A stretch of 64,000 bases of DNA, from positions 32,001 to 96,000 of the forward strand of contig CBDDDG010000001.1 of NCBI GenBank assembly GCA_965226555.1. Reading direction: 5' to 3'. The stretch is from Salinispira sp. (GTDB lineage: Bacteria; Spirochaetota; Spirochaetia; DSM-27196; Salinispiraceae). Shown here one piece after another: positions 40,796 to 50,301 of this stretch (positions are counted from its first letter, which is position 1; each line of letters opens with the position of its first letter). The notes under the pieces are model-generated. The model did not search any database and was not told where the DNA came from. It saw only the letters and a program-made list of their open reading frames with translations. A program made the position numbers and the translations under genes.

Positions 40796-43440
40796 ATGAG
40801 AATCAAATTTATGGGGGTGGGGGGGTAACTCTCTTCGCATTCTGCTCAATTTTTATTGTATTGATGGCGGGATGTCCCATACCGGAACCGGTGGTGGAAC
40901 CAACGCCGGAACCAACTGTGCCGGGCACCATGGCTGCCCCAAGCCTCGAAGCGGGAGATGGGCAACTCATTGCGACATGGACTGCGCCAACAAATAACGG
41001 CGCCATTACCGGCTATGAGCTGCAATATAGACAATATAGCTCAGACGGCGGAACCACATGGTCGGATCCTCCTATTGAAGTCGCCGCGCCAACCTCAAAG
41101 ACCGTCATTACCGGCCTGAGCAACGGCAGCAGTTATGAAGTACAGGTACGCGCCATAGGCGCGCAGGGCGCAGGCGGCTGGTCGGACAGCGCATTAGCAA
41201 GCCCTGTTGCCGTTCCCGGTGCTCCCGACTTGCCAAGCCTCACCGTGGAAAATGAGCAACTTCGCATTTCATGGGTAGCGCCGACCAACACCGGCGGCAG
41301 CGACATTACCGGCTATGAGCTGCGCTACGCACTAAACAACTCACCCCTGCCGGACGAGCCGCAAATTAGCAACACAAGCAATACCTCTACCATTATGCAA
41401 CTGGAAATTGGCAGCCGCTACACCGTACAGGTGCGAGGCATCAACGCGCAGGGCAGGGGTCCGTGGTCAGAATCCGCAGCGAAAACATTCCCGCTCATTG
41501 CGGCACAGGTGCCGGAGGGTACGGAGGTGTTTGTCATTCTTTCGACTGTTGACAACGCAATTGCCAATGCCGCAAACCCAAACATTACTGTGGTTCCAGT
41601 TACTTCCCCAGCATCAACGGTTGTCTTGCCGACAATTGATGCGGCTACCGGAATTATTATGGTTACCGCAAGCACAAGCCCCGGAACATATACGGTATCG
41701 GGCGCAGACGGAGGAAGCGAACTGTTCACCCCCGAAAAGTTCTCTGTTACCCTGAGTCCTCCTACTAACGCTGAACTGAAAACAGCGGTAACTAATGGAA
41801 TATCAAACTGGGGACAAACTGCCGACCTCAACTACATTCTTACTACGGCAATAACGGACATGTCCGAAGTGTTCAAAGATAAAACCGCATTCAATGGCGA
41901 TATCTCGGGTTGGACTGTCAGTTCGGTAACGGATATGTCGGAAATGTTCCGTGGCGCAGACGCATTCAATCGTGATCTTAATAATTGGACTGTCAGCGCG
42001 GTAACAGATATGTCGGGGATGTTCAATAACGCAGACGCATTCAATCGTGATCTTAATGGCTGGACTGTCAGCGCGGTAACGGATATGTCGGAGATGTTCC
42101 GTGGCGCACGCGCATTCAATGGAAATATCTCGGGCTGGACTGTCAGCGCGGTAACGGATATGTCGGGGATGTTCAATAACGCAAACGCATTCAATGGCGA
42201 CATTTCCGGCTGGACTGTCAGCTCGGTAACGAATATGTCCGATATGTTCCGTGGCGCAGACGCATTCAATGGCAATATCTCGGGCTGGACTGTCAGCGCG
42301 GTAACGGACATGTCGGGGATGTTCAACGGCGCAGGCGCATTCAATGGCGATATCTCGGGCTGGACTGTCAGCGCGGTAACGGATATGTCGGAAATGTTCA
42401 ACGGCGCAACCGCATTCAATCGTGATCTTAATGGCTGGACTGTCAGCGCGGTAACGGATATGTCGGAAATGTTCAACGGCGCAACCGCATTCAATCGTGA
42501 TCTTAATGGCTGGACTGTCAGCGCGGTAACGGATATGTCGGGGATGTTCTATGGCGCAAACACATTCAATGGCGATATCTCAAGCTGGACTGTCAGCGCG
42601 GTAACAGATATGTCGTCGATGTTCAGGAACGCAAACTCATTCAATGGAAATATCTCGGGCTGGACTGTCAGCGCGGTAACGGATATGTCGGGGATGTTCA
42701 GTGACGCAGGCGCATTCAATGGAAATATCTCGGGTTGGGATGTCAGCGCGGTAACAGATATGTCCGATATGTTCCGTGACGCAGACGCATTCAATCGTGA
42801 TCTTAATAATTGGAATGTCAGTAAGGTAACGGATATGTCCTATATGTTCATTGACACAAACACATTCAATGGCGATATCTCAAGCTGGAATGTCAGTTCG
42901 GTAACGGATATGTCGGGGATGTTCACTGCCACAAGCGCATTCAATGGCAATATCTCGGGATGGGATGTCAGTAAGGTAACGGATATGTCGGGGATGTTCT
43001 TTTCCACAGGCGCATTCAATGGCGACATCTCGGGTTGGGATGTCAGTAAGGTAACGGATATGTCGGGGATGTTCGCTATCGCAACCGCATTCAATGGCGA
43101 CATCTCGGGCTGGGATGTCAGTAAGGTAACGAATATGAACAGTATGTTCCTTTTTGCAAGCGCATTCAATGGCAACATTTCCGGTTGGAATGTCAGTTCG
43201 GTAACGACTATGCAGGAGATGTTCTTTTTCGCAAGTGCATTCAATCAGAATCTTACTGCATGGGGCGGGACAGATGCAGGGAGCTTACGGCGTGATCCTA
43301 ATGATAATAGCAAATATGGAGTAACGGTAACGAATATGTTTACGAGTTCCGGCGTAGATACGAATACGGACGGGTCGGATACGTCTAAGCCTACGGGCGT
43401 GGGTGTTCCCAATTGGTATACTGAGATTATTGCCTATTAA
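40796..43440 (+). CDS. Surface lipoprotein with 2 FN3 domains and 19 DUF285/BspA-type 25-aa repeats; frameshifted in a signal-peptide G-tract
   Basis: GAGGAG RBS and ATG 40796; G5-T-G7 at 40813-40825 then TAA. One extra G gives MRIKFMGVGGVTLFAFCSIFIVLMAGC in frame with 40861-43440. Confidence 0.85.
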
Positions 43441-43559
43441 CGAGTTGCGCTCCACCTCAGGCAGGCGCGGGGCTTGCGACTCCTGCTCGCCATGCGAGTG
43501 TGCACTACTTATGAGACAGCCCCTTACCGGATAATCACCCTTGCAATATACACCCAATA

Positions 43560-44509
43560 ATGACTTTTGCCCGTTATAGATGTAGGAAGAACATTTATGT
43601 GCTTAAAACGTGCACATGGGATAAAACTCATAAGTTCCTGTTTGGCGATGCGGAATCCATATATCAACTGCTGCAATTTGTCGATGATGACTGGATACGG
43701 TATGTTCGCCCTGAGAACATTACTATTGTGAGCAATGAGTTTATCGCCCGGGAGCTCGGAGGCAAGAAGCTGACGAAGCTCATGCGCAAAATATCGGATA
43801 TTGTTGCGAAAATTTCCTTCCGCACCGGGAAGGAAGAGAAAACCGTCTATATCATTCTGGAACATCAATCGACTGTCGATTATTCCATGAGCAGGCGCCT
43901 ATTCTTTTTGAACATTCTCCAGCATGACACTGGCGAAAAGGTGAAGGAGTCCTTGTTAATTATGAGCGATGTGCTCTATAATACACACATCTCAGGGGTG
44001 AATGTTAACGATTACACTATAATTGATACAAAGTTTTGCTCCTGGAAATTGCGCAAGCGCAATTTTCCAATGCAAAACTTTCTATAAAATAGGAGAATGC
44101 TAAGCACAAAGAAAACATTCCAGATCGGAAACTTTTGCTACTGGAAATTGTGCAAGCACAATTTTCCAATGCAAAAGTTTCTGATATGATCACAAAAGAA
44201 GGGATAGAAATACTGTTCCCGTGGCAACTGACCATTTACAAAGAGGTCAAAGCCCAGGTCAAGCAGGAAGTACAGGAAGAAACGAAGGAAGCGCGGCAGG
44301 AAATGCAGGAAGCGCGGCAGGAAATACAGCGGGAAGCGCGGCAGGAAGGGATTCGAGAAGGTCGCGCGGAGGGGCATATTGAGGAGCGGAGAAAAAATGC
44401 CCGCAGTATGTTTTCCAAAGGATTTTCAGCCCATGACATTCAGGATGTTACCGGGCTGAGCGAGGATGAAATTCGAGCATTTCAGCAAAACGAAAACGGT
44501 AAAGCATAA
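43560..44509 (+). pseudogene. Rpn-family gene interrupted by a composite mini-element
   Basis: SDIVAK..YIILEHQSTVDYSMSRR; EARQEG tail. Removing 158 bp restores the frame (TIIDMITKEG). Confidence 0.85.
44029..44181. mobile_element. Composite mini-element: 54 bp + 45-bp cargo + 54 bp
   Basis: 5-bp duplication TGATA at 44024-44028 and 44182-44186. Confidence 0.88.
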
Positions 44510-44589
44510 AAGTGTAGCCGCGCGGGCGGCGCAACCCGTGCCGATTCGCCATGCCCCGCGGTCAGGTCAGTCTCGGTCACATACAAGTA

Positions 44590-44609
44590 GAAACTTTTGC
44601 AAAAGTTTC
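44590..44609. repeat. Minimal 20-bp perfect palindrome of the mini-element ends
   Basis: TA-GAAACTTTTGCAAAAGTTTC-TA. Confidence 0.7.
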
Positions 44610-44746
44610 TACACTACTATAATGAGATTACCAATTTGGGATTGCCAATGAACAAATGGTATGGCATACTACGAAGTAATGAAAATTCCCTTGTTATACG
44701 CGCATTCAACCTGCAGAAAATACAGCGGAATTGTTGAGGAGGATTA

Positions 44747-45721
44747 GTGGCAGTAGTCTCTATGAAGAATCTCCTGGAATCAGGAGTACATTTTGGGCAT
44801 CAGACCAGACGCTGGGACCCGAGAATGAAGAAATTTATTTTTGCCGAACGAAACGGCATTCATATTATCGATTTGCAGAAAACAATTGTCTGCGTCAAAA
44901 CGGCCTACAACGAAATTCGTAAGACGGTACTTCAGAATAAATCTGTTCTCTTTGTCGGTACAAAGCGGCAGGCACAGGAAGCAATTCGGGATCAGGCGGA
45001 ACGCTGCGGTATGTACTTTGTTAACAACCGCTGGCTCGGTGGTATGCTTACAAACTTTTCCACGATAAAACGCTCGCTTGTTCGTCTCAAGAAACTTGAG
45101 AAAATGGAAGTAGACGGTACCTTTGAAAGCCTTACCAAGAAGGAAATAGCTCGGTTCAATAAAAAAACTGCCAAGCTTGAAAAAACTCTCGGCGGCATAA
45201 AGGATATGAAGGAACTGCCCGGTATCATTTTCATTGTTGATACTATGAAGGAATCCATAGCCGTTGCTGAAGCGCGCCGTATGAACATTCCAATAGTTGC
45301 TATAGTCGATACAAACACTAATCCTGAGGGCATTACCTATCCCATACCGGGAAATGATGATGCTATCCGTGCCATTACTCTGTTTACCGAGATTATTGCC
45401 AATGCTGTTATAGAGGCCGATAATGAAGCGGGTCTGCAGATCATTGAAAATCTTGGTGATGATGAAGATATTGTCGAAACAGGAATAAGTATCGATGGCG
45501 AGGAAAAAAGCAGTGAAATTACCATGCCGCTTGCGCAGGTGACTATTTCAGATGAGAAAGCAGATTCAAAAGATGAAAAAACAAGTTTTACTGCCGAAGA
45601 TTACTCCGATTATACCCCAACGGATGATGCAAGTCCTGAACCAGAGCCAAAGCCCCCCAGTGAAATGGCAGTGGTGGATGAGGTCGGCATAGACGAAGAT
45701 AAGCTTTACGAGGACGATTAA
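44747..45721 (+). CDS. rpsB: 30S ribosomal protein S2 with acidic C-terminal tail
   Basis: [28 protein letters not shown]. Confidence 0.98.
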   Translation: MAVVSMKNLLESGVHFGHQTRRWDPRMKKFIFAERNGIHIIDLQKTIVCVKTAYNEIRKTVLQNKSVLFVGTKRQAQEAIRDQAERCGMYFVNNRWLGGMLTNFSTIKRSLVRLKKLEKMEVDGTFESLTKKEIARFNKKTAKLEKTLGGIKDMKELPGIIFIVDTMKESIAVAEARRMNIPIVAIVDTNTNPEGITYPIPGNDDAIRAITLFTEIIANAVIEADNEAGLQIIENLGDDEDIVETGISIDGEEKSSEITMPLAQVTISDEKADSKDEKTSFTAEDYSDYTPTDDASPEPEPKPPSEMAVVDEVGIDEDKLYEDD

Positions 45722-45754
45722 AAAGTTTTGCAAAATGCAAAATGCAAAACGTTC
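45721..45754. repeat. Mini-element-like palindrome between rpsB and tsf
   Basis: AAAAGTTTTGC-AAAATGCAAAAT-GCAAAACGTTC. Confidence 0.5.
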
Positions 45755-45779
45755 ATAGATTTTGTGAGGAGAATAACGA

Positions 45780-46634
45780 GTGGCAATTAGTGCTGATGAT
45801 GTGAAAAGACTCCGGGAAAAAACCGGAGCAGGTATTATGGACTGCAAACGCGCGTTGAAGGAATCGAATGGCGATTTCGTCAGAGCGGAGGAAATACTCA
45901 AGGAGCTCGGACTTGCGGCAGTGGCCAAACGTTCAGGCCGCGCTGCCAAAGAGGGGCGGGTATTTGCCTATGTGGGTGAGAATTCTGCCGGTCTTATGGA
46001 AATAAACTGTGAAACCGATTTTGTTGCGCGCAATGCGGCCTTTATTCGCGCCGGAAATGACCTTGTGAAAACCGCAGTGGAAAACTCCCTTACCATGCAG
46101 GATGCGGCATGTACGGATATTATTTCCAAACTGGCAGCGACCCTTAAGGAGAACATTGCCTTAGGCCGACTGGAAACAATAAAAATTGCCGATAATCAGC
46201 TGGCCTTTCGGTATATTCATGGCGATTCCGGGAATCCGGGAGTGCTCATTGTTCTGGAATTATCGCCAATGAAGAAGGATGAAGCGGTGCTCACTCTGGG
46301 AAAGGAACTTGCCATGCATGCTGCCGCCTTCAATCCGCTGTATATGAATTCTGAAGCTGTCGATGCATCCTACATGAAGGATCAGGAAAAAATCTTCAAG
46401 GCTCAGGCAGAGCAGATGGATAAGCCGCCCACTGTTACTGAAGGTATTATCAAAGGAAAGATGAAAAAACATCTCAAAGAAATTTGTTTTACCGAACAGG
46501 GTTTTGTAAAAGATGAAAAACGTTCAGTTGCCCAAGTGTTAAAAGATACTTCAAAGGATGTTGGGGTTGAAATTACGCTGACATACTATCGGGTGTTCAG
46601 AGTCGGCGAATCACTATCAGAATGTGGAGAATAA
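45780..46634 (+). CDS. tsf: Elongation factor Ts
   Basis: LREKTGAGIMDCK, EINCETDFVA. Confidence 0.97.
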   Translation: MAISADDVKRLREKTGAGIMDCKRALKESNGDFVRAEEILKELGLAAVAKRSGRAAKEGRVFAYVGENSAGLMEINCETDFVARNAAFIRAGNDLVKTAVENSLTMQDAACTDIISKLAATLKENIALGRLETIKIADNQLAFRYIHGDSGNPGVLIVLELSPMKKDEAVLTLGKELAMHAAAFNPLYMNSEAVDASYMKDQEKIFKAQAEQMDKPPTVTEGIIKGKMKKHLKEICFTEQGFVKDEKRSVAQVLKDTSKDVGVEITLTYYRVFRVGESLSECGE

Positions 46635-46636
46635 CG

Positions 46637-47182
46637 ATGGACGGCACCCTGAAATCATGTGAAGAAAGAATGAAGAGAGCTGTTCTGAATTTAGAAGGCG
46701 AGTTCAATAATCTCCGTACCGGACGGGCCAGCACCGCAATTTTTGAGAGGGTAAAGGTCAATTATTACGGCAATCCGACTCCGCTGAACCAAGTTGCAAA
46801 CATTTCCGCTCCTGAAGCTCGCCTAATTGTTATTCAGCCCTGGGATACCAGTCTTATTGGCGAAATTGAGAAGGTTATTCAGAAATCCGAGCTTTCCCTT
46901 AATCCGTCCAGCGATGGAAAAATTATCCGCATTTCCATACCTCCGCTTACCGAAGAACGGCGAAAGGAACTTGTTAAGCATGCAAAGCACATTGCCGAAC
47001 AATCGCGGGTTGCTGTTCGTAACATCCGCCGCGACAGCAACGACGCTCTCAGAAAACTTGATGGTACCAGTGAAGACAGCGTGAAGCGTGCCGAGGAGAA
47101 AATTCAGGAGCTTACCGGTGAGTATATAAAAGAAATTGCTCATCTCCTCAATGTCAAGGAAAAGGAGATTCTGGAGGTTTGA
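46637..47182 (+). CDS. frr: Ribosome recycling factor
   Basis: RTGRAS, PPLTEERRKEL, RNIRRD. Confidence 0.97.
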   Translation: MDGTLKSCEERMKRAVLNLEGEFNNLRTGRASTAIFERVKVNYYGNPTPLNQVANISAPEARLIVIQPWDTSLIGEIEKVIQKSELSLNPSSDGKIIRISIPPLTEERRKELVKHAKHIAEQSRVAVRNIRRDSNDALRKLDGTSEDSVKRAEEKIQELTGEYIKEIAHLLNVKEKEILEV

Positions 47183-47880
47183 AGCAGAATCCTCCGCGGC
47201 ATATTGGTATTATTATGGATGGCAACGGCCGCTGGGCGCAAAGTCGGGGACTTCCCCGTACGCAGGGGCATCAGGAAGGCTTGGTTGCAGCCAAATCAAT
47301 TGTTAAGGCAGCCCGCTTTGCAGGTGTTTCATACATCACACTGTATACTTTTTCTACTGAGAACTGGAAAAGAACAAAGGAAGAAGTTGCTTTTCTCATG
47401 GGGCTGATAAAAAAAAATCTCCGAAAAGAATACCAATTTTATAAGAGCAATGGTATTCGTGTTGTACATTCCGGCGATATTTCCTCACTTCCGGGAGAAA
47501 TTCAGAATGAAATATGTCTGGTTGAGGAAGAGACAGCCGGTTTTTCATCGCTCATTGTGAATCTGGCAATAAACTATGGCGGAAGAGATGAGATTCTGCG
47601 GGCATGCAGGAAGGCTCTGGAAAGTGGGGTTGCTCTTGATAATGTCGGTGAGCAGGATATCAATAGATATCTGGATCAGCCGATGATTCCTGATCTGGAT
47701 CTGGTAATCCGTACGGGCGGAGAACAGCGCCTGAGTAATTTTATGCTGTGGCGATCTTCCTATGCGGAACTGTATTTCACTGAAACACTGTGGCCCGATT
47801 TTTCTCCCGATGAGTTCAATGGTATACTGGAATGGTTTCTGAGCAGAACACGGCGTTTTGGAGGCGGTAATGAACACTGA
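47179..47880 (+). CDS. uppS: Undecaprenyl diphosphate synthase
   Basis: HIGIIMDGNGRWA, FSTENWKR, RTGGEQRLSNF. Confidence 0.97.
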   Translation: MKQNPPRHIGIIMDGNGRWAQSRGLPRTQGHQEGLVAAKSIVKAARFAGVSYITLYTFSTENWKRTKEEVAFLMGLIKKNLRKEYQFYKSNGIRVVHSGDISSLPGEIQNEICLVEEETAGFSSLIVNLAINYGGRDEILRACRKALESGVALDNVGEQDINRYLDQPMIPDLDLVIRTGGEQRLSNFMLWRSSYAELYFTETLWPDFSPDEFNGILEWFLSRTRRFGGGNEH

Positions 47881-48796
47881 TAGTGCCAGCAAGGGGCGCA
47901 TGGGCGATCCGGATGCGCAGCCTCCGACCAGCCACGGACGCAATTTTTTTCAACGAATCATTCTTTTTATTATCTCTGTGCCCGCAATTTTTGTGCTTGT
48001 CAGCCTTGCCCCGGAAAAGGGGCACTGGCCACTCAATATCACGCTCATTCTCATTTCCATTCCCTGCGCCTTTGAGGCGAGCAGGCTTTTTGCCATGAAC
48101 CCCCACAAGACAGCTCACAGGACATTTGGAATTGTTGTCAACAGCATTGCCTATCCGGTGGTTTCATTTTTGTGGGTTCTGAATGTTATTGAAACACGCC
48201 TGTTGCTTCCCGCCTATATGGCATTGGTAATGAGTGTCATGTTTGTTCAGGTCTTCAATCAACAGCATACGCTGCATAAAATTTCCCGAAACATCGGCAA
48301 GCATCTTGCAATCATAGCCTATCCCAGCCTTTTTATTGCTCATCTCATCATGATCAGTAAAATACCCGGTGCCTCGCAGCTCTATATTGTTCTTCTTCTG
48401 GGAGTGATATTAAATGATACTATGGCCTTTCTCTCGGGAAAGCTGTATAAGCGCTATCATACCTATCCGACAGCGTTGAGCCCGAATAAGACCACCGCAG
48501 GTTTCATTGTTGGTTTTATATTTAGTCCAATTGGTTTTCTCATTGGATATTATATGTTTCCGGAACTCTTCCCCGGGGGGGTACCCGTTGTTCTGATACT
48601 CGGGCTGATGGTTGGCTTTACCACCATCAGCGGCGATCTTATTGAATCGGGCTTGAAGCGTTCAGCCCGGCGCAAGGATTCAGGAGAGGTCATTCTCGGC
48701 CGCGGAGGAATGTTGGACAGTCTTGACAGTATTCTCTATTCGGCGCCGATAGTATTTTATGTGTACCAGCTTACGAACGGTATCTGGGTTATCTAG
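47870..48796 (+). CDS. cdsA: Phosphatidate cytidylyltransferase
   Basis: SPNKT, GDLIESGLKR..KDSG..GRGGMLDSLDS. Confidence 0.95.
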   Translation: MNTDSASKGRMGDPDAQPPTSHGRNFFQRIILFIISVPAIFVLVSLAPEKGHWPLNITLILISIPCAFEASRLFAMNPHKTAHRTFGIVVNSIAYPVVSFLWVLNVIETRLLLPAYMALVMSVMFVQVFNQQHTLHKISRNIGKHLAIIAYPSLFIAHLIMISKIPGASQLYIVLLLGVILNDTMAFLSGKLYKRYHTYPTALSPNKTTAGFIVGFIFSPIGFLIGYYMFPELFPGGVPVVLILGLMVGFTTISGDLIESGLKRSARRKDSGEVILGRGGMLDSLDSILYSAPIVFYVYQLTNGIWVI

Positions 48797-48810
48797 GAAG
48801 GGAGAAATAC

Positions 48811-50301
48811 ATGGCCATACTATATGGGATTATTGGACTTGGGCTTGTGGTCATTATTCACGAAGCGGGGCATTTTTTTGCGGCGCGCGCCTGCGGGATC
48901 GATGTTGAAGTATTTTCAGTCGGCTGGGGCAGGAAACTCATTGGGTTTAAGAAGGGAAACACGGAATACCGAATTTCAATGATTCCCCTTGGCGGCTTCG
49001 CAAAAATGAAGGGTGAATCTGCGTATAGAGATGCCATTAGCGAGGGGCACACGCGCATTCAGCCTGAGCCCCATTCTTTTTTCAGCGCAACACCTCTGCA
49101 GAGAATTTTTGTGGCGGCAGCCGGCCCGGGAATGAATCTCCTTTTTGCGGTGATATGCTTTTCAATCATTAATCTTGTTGGATATGAATATGCGAGCTTC
49201 CCAAATAAAATTATTCTCAGCGATGATTTTCCTCAATACTATACCCTGCCGACTGATGAACCGGATGCACAGGCACAGGCGGATGCGCAGGCGCAGGCGG
49301 ATGCGCAGCCTCCGACCAGCCCCGGACGCATGGGCGAGCAGGAGGCGCAGCCTCCGACCAGCCCCAGCCCTGCTGCGCGGGCGGGTCTTCGCAGCGGGGA
49401 TCATATCATTGCAGTGAACGGCATTGAAATTGAGAATTTCAACAGGCTCCAGCAGGAAATTTCTCCCCGAGCCCTCGAAGAAGTTACCCTGAGTATTGAC
49501 CGCGGCGGAACGCTGATGCAAACTACCGCATCACTCACACTCGATAATGAGAGCGGTTCAGGTATTCTTGGAGTCTTCCCCTATATTGAGCCAATCATTT
49601 CCCAACCCCAGGAGGCGCAGCCCGATGAAACCGCTTCCTTCAGTCTTCAGTCGGGCGACAAAATTGTTATGATCAACGGACAGAATGTGAATCATATCTA
49701 CGACATACAGATGGTTCTGGACAGTATTCCCCTTAGCAGAGAACAGTCATTTGTTCAGTTGAATATAGAACGGAATGGTTCACAGCGCACTATTCAGCAT
49801 CCCCTCCTGTATGAAGAGGGAGAATTTTCACTGGGTTATTATTTTCAGCAGGATACATACAAAAAACAGTCGGAGGGCCTTCTGAAAGCCATTTCCAGGG
49901 GATGGAAGGAAACAATTTCGGTACTTACGACAACCGTTAAGGGAATCGGTCTCCTTTTCAGAGGACTTGACGCTAATGCCGCATTATCGGGTCCCCTTCG
50001 TATTACCGTCCTTGTCGGAGAGGTTACCGCCCAGAGCTTACAAAGCGGAATTGCCGAGGGTCTGCGCGCCTTTTTTTATCTTCTCAGCCTTATTAGTGTT
50101 GCGCTTGCGTTTGGAAATCTCCTGCCCATACCCATTCTTGACGGCGGACAAATTCTCATATCACTTGTTGAATTATGTAAACGATCACCCGTATCTCCGA
50201 AAATGTTTCTCCGTTATCAAACTGTCGGAGTTATCATCATCATCGGACTCATTGCGTTTGTATTGTTTAATGACCTGCTGTTCATTTTAGGCAGGGCATG
50301 A
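48811..50301 (+). CDS. rseP: RIP metalloprotease RseP
   Basis: HEAGH, PDZ domains, NLLPIPILDGG. Confidence 0.96.
   Translation: MAILYGIIGLGLVVIIHEAGHFFAARACGIDVEVFSVGWGRKLIGFKKGNTEYRISMIPLGGFAKMKGESAYRDAISEGHTRIQPEPHSFFSATPLQRIFVAAAGPGMNLLFAVICFSIINLVGYEYASFPNKIILSDDFPQYYTLPTDEPDAQAQADAQAQADAQPPTSPGRMGEQEAQPPTSPSPAARAGLRSGDHIIAVNGIEIENFNRLQQEISPRALEEVTLSIDRGGTLMQTTASLTLDNESGSGILGVFPYIEPIISQPQEAQPDETASFSLQSGDKIVMINGQNVNHIYDIQMVLDSIPLSREQSFVQLNIERNGSQRTIQHPLLYEEGEFSLGYYFQQDTYKKQSEGLLKAISRGWKETISVLTTTVKGIGLLFRGLDANAALSGPLRITVLVGEVTAQSLQSGIAEGLRAFFYLLSLISVALAFGNLLPIPILDGGQILISLVELCKRSPVSPKMFLRYQTVGVIIIIGLIAFVLFNDLLFILGRA

Noticed and set aside
41840..43260. Diversity-generating retroelement acting on the DUF285 repeats
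   Set aside because: No reverse transcriptase or separate template repeat visible; variation is not evidently adenine-specific.
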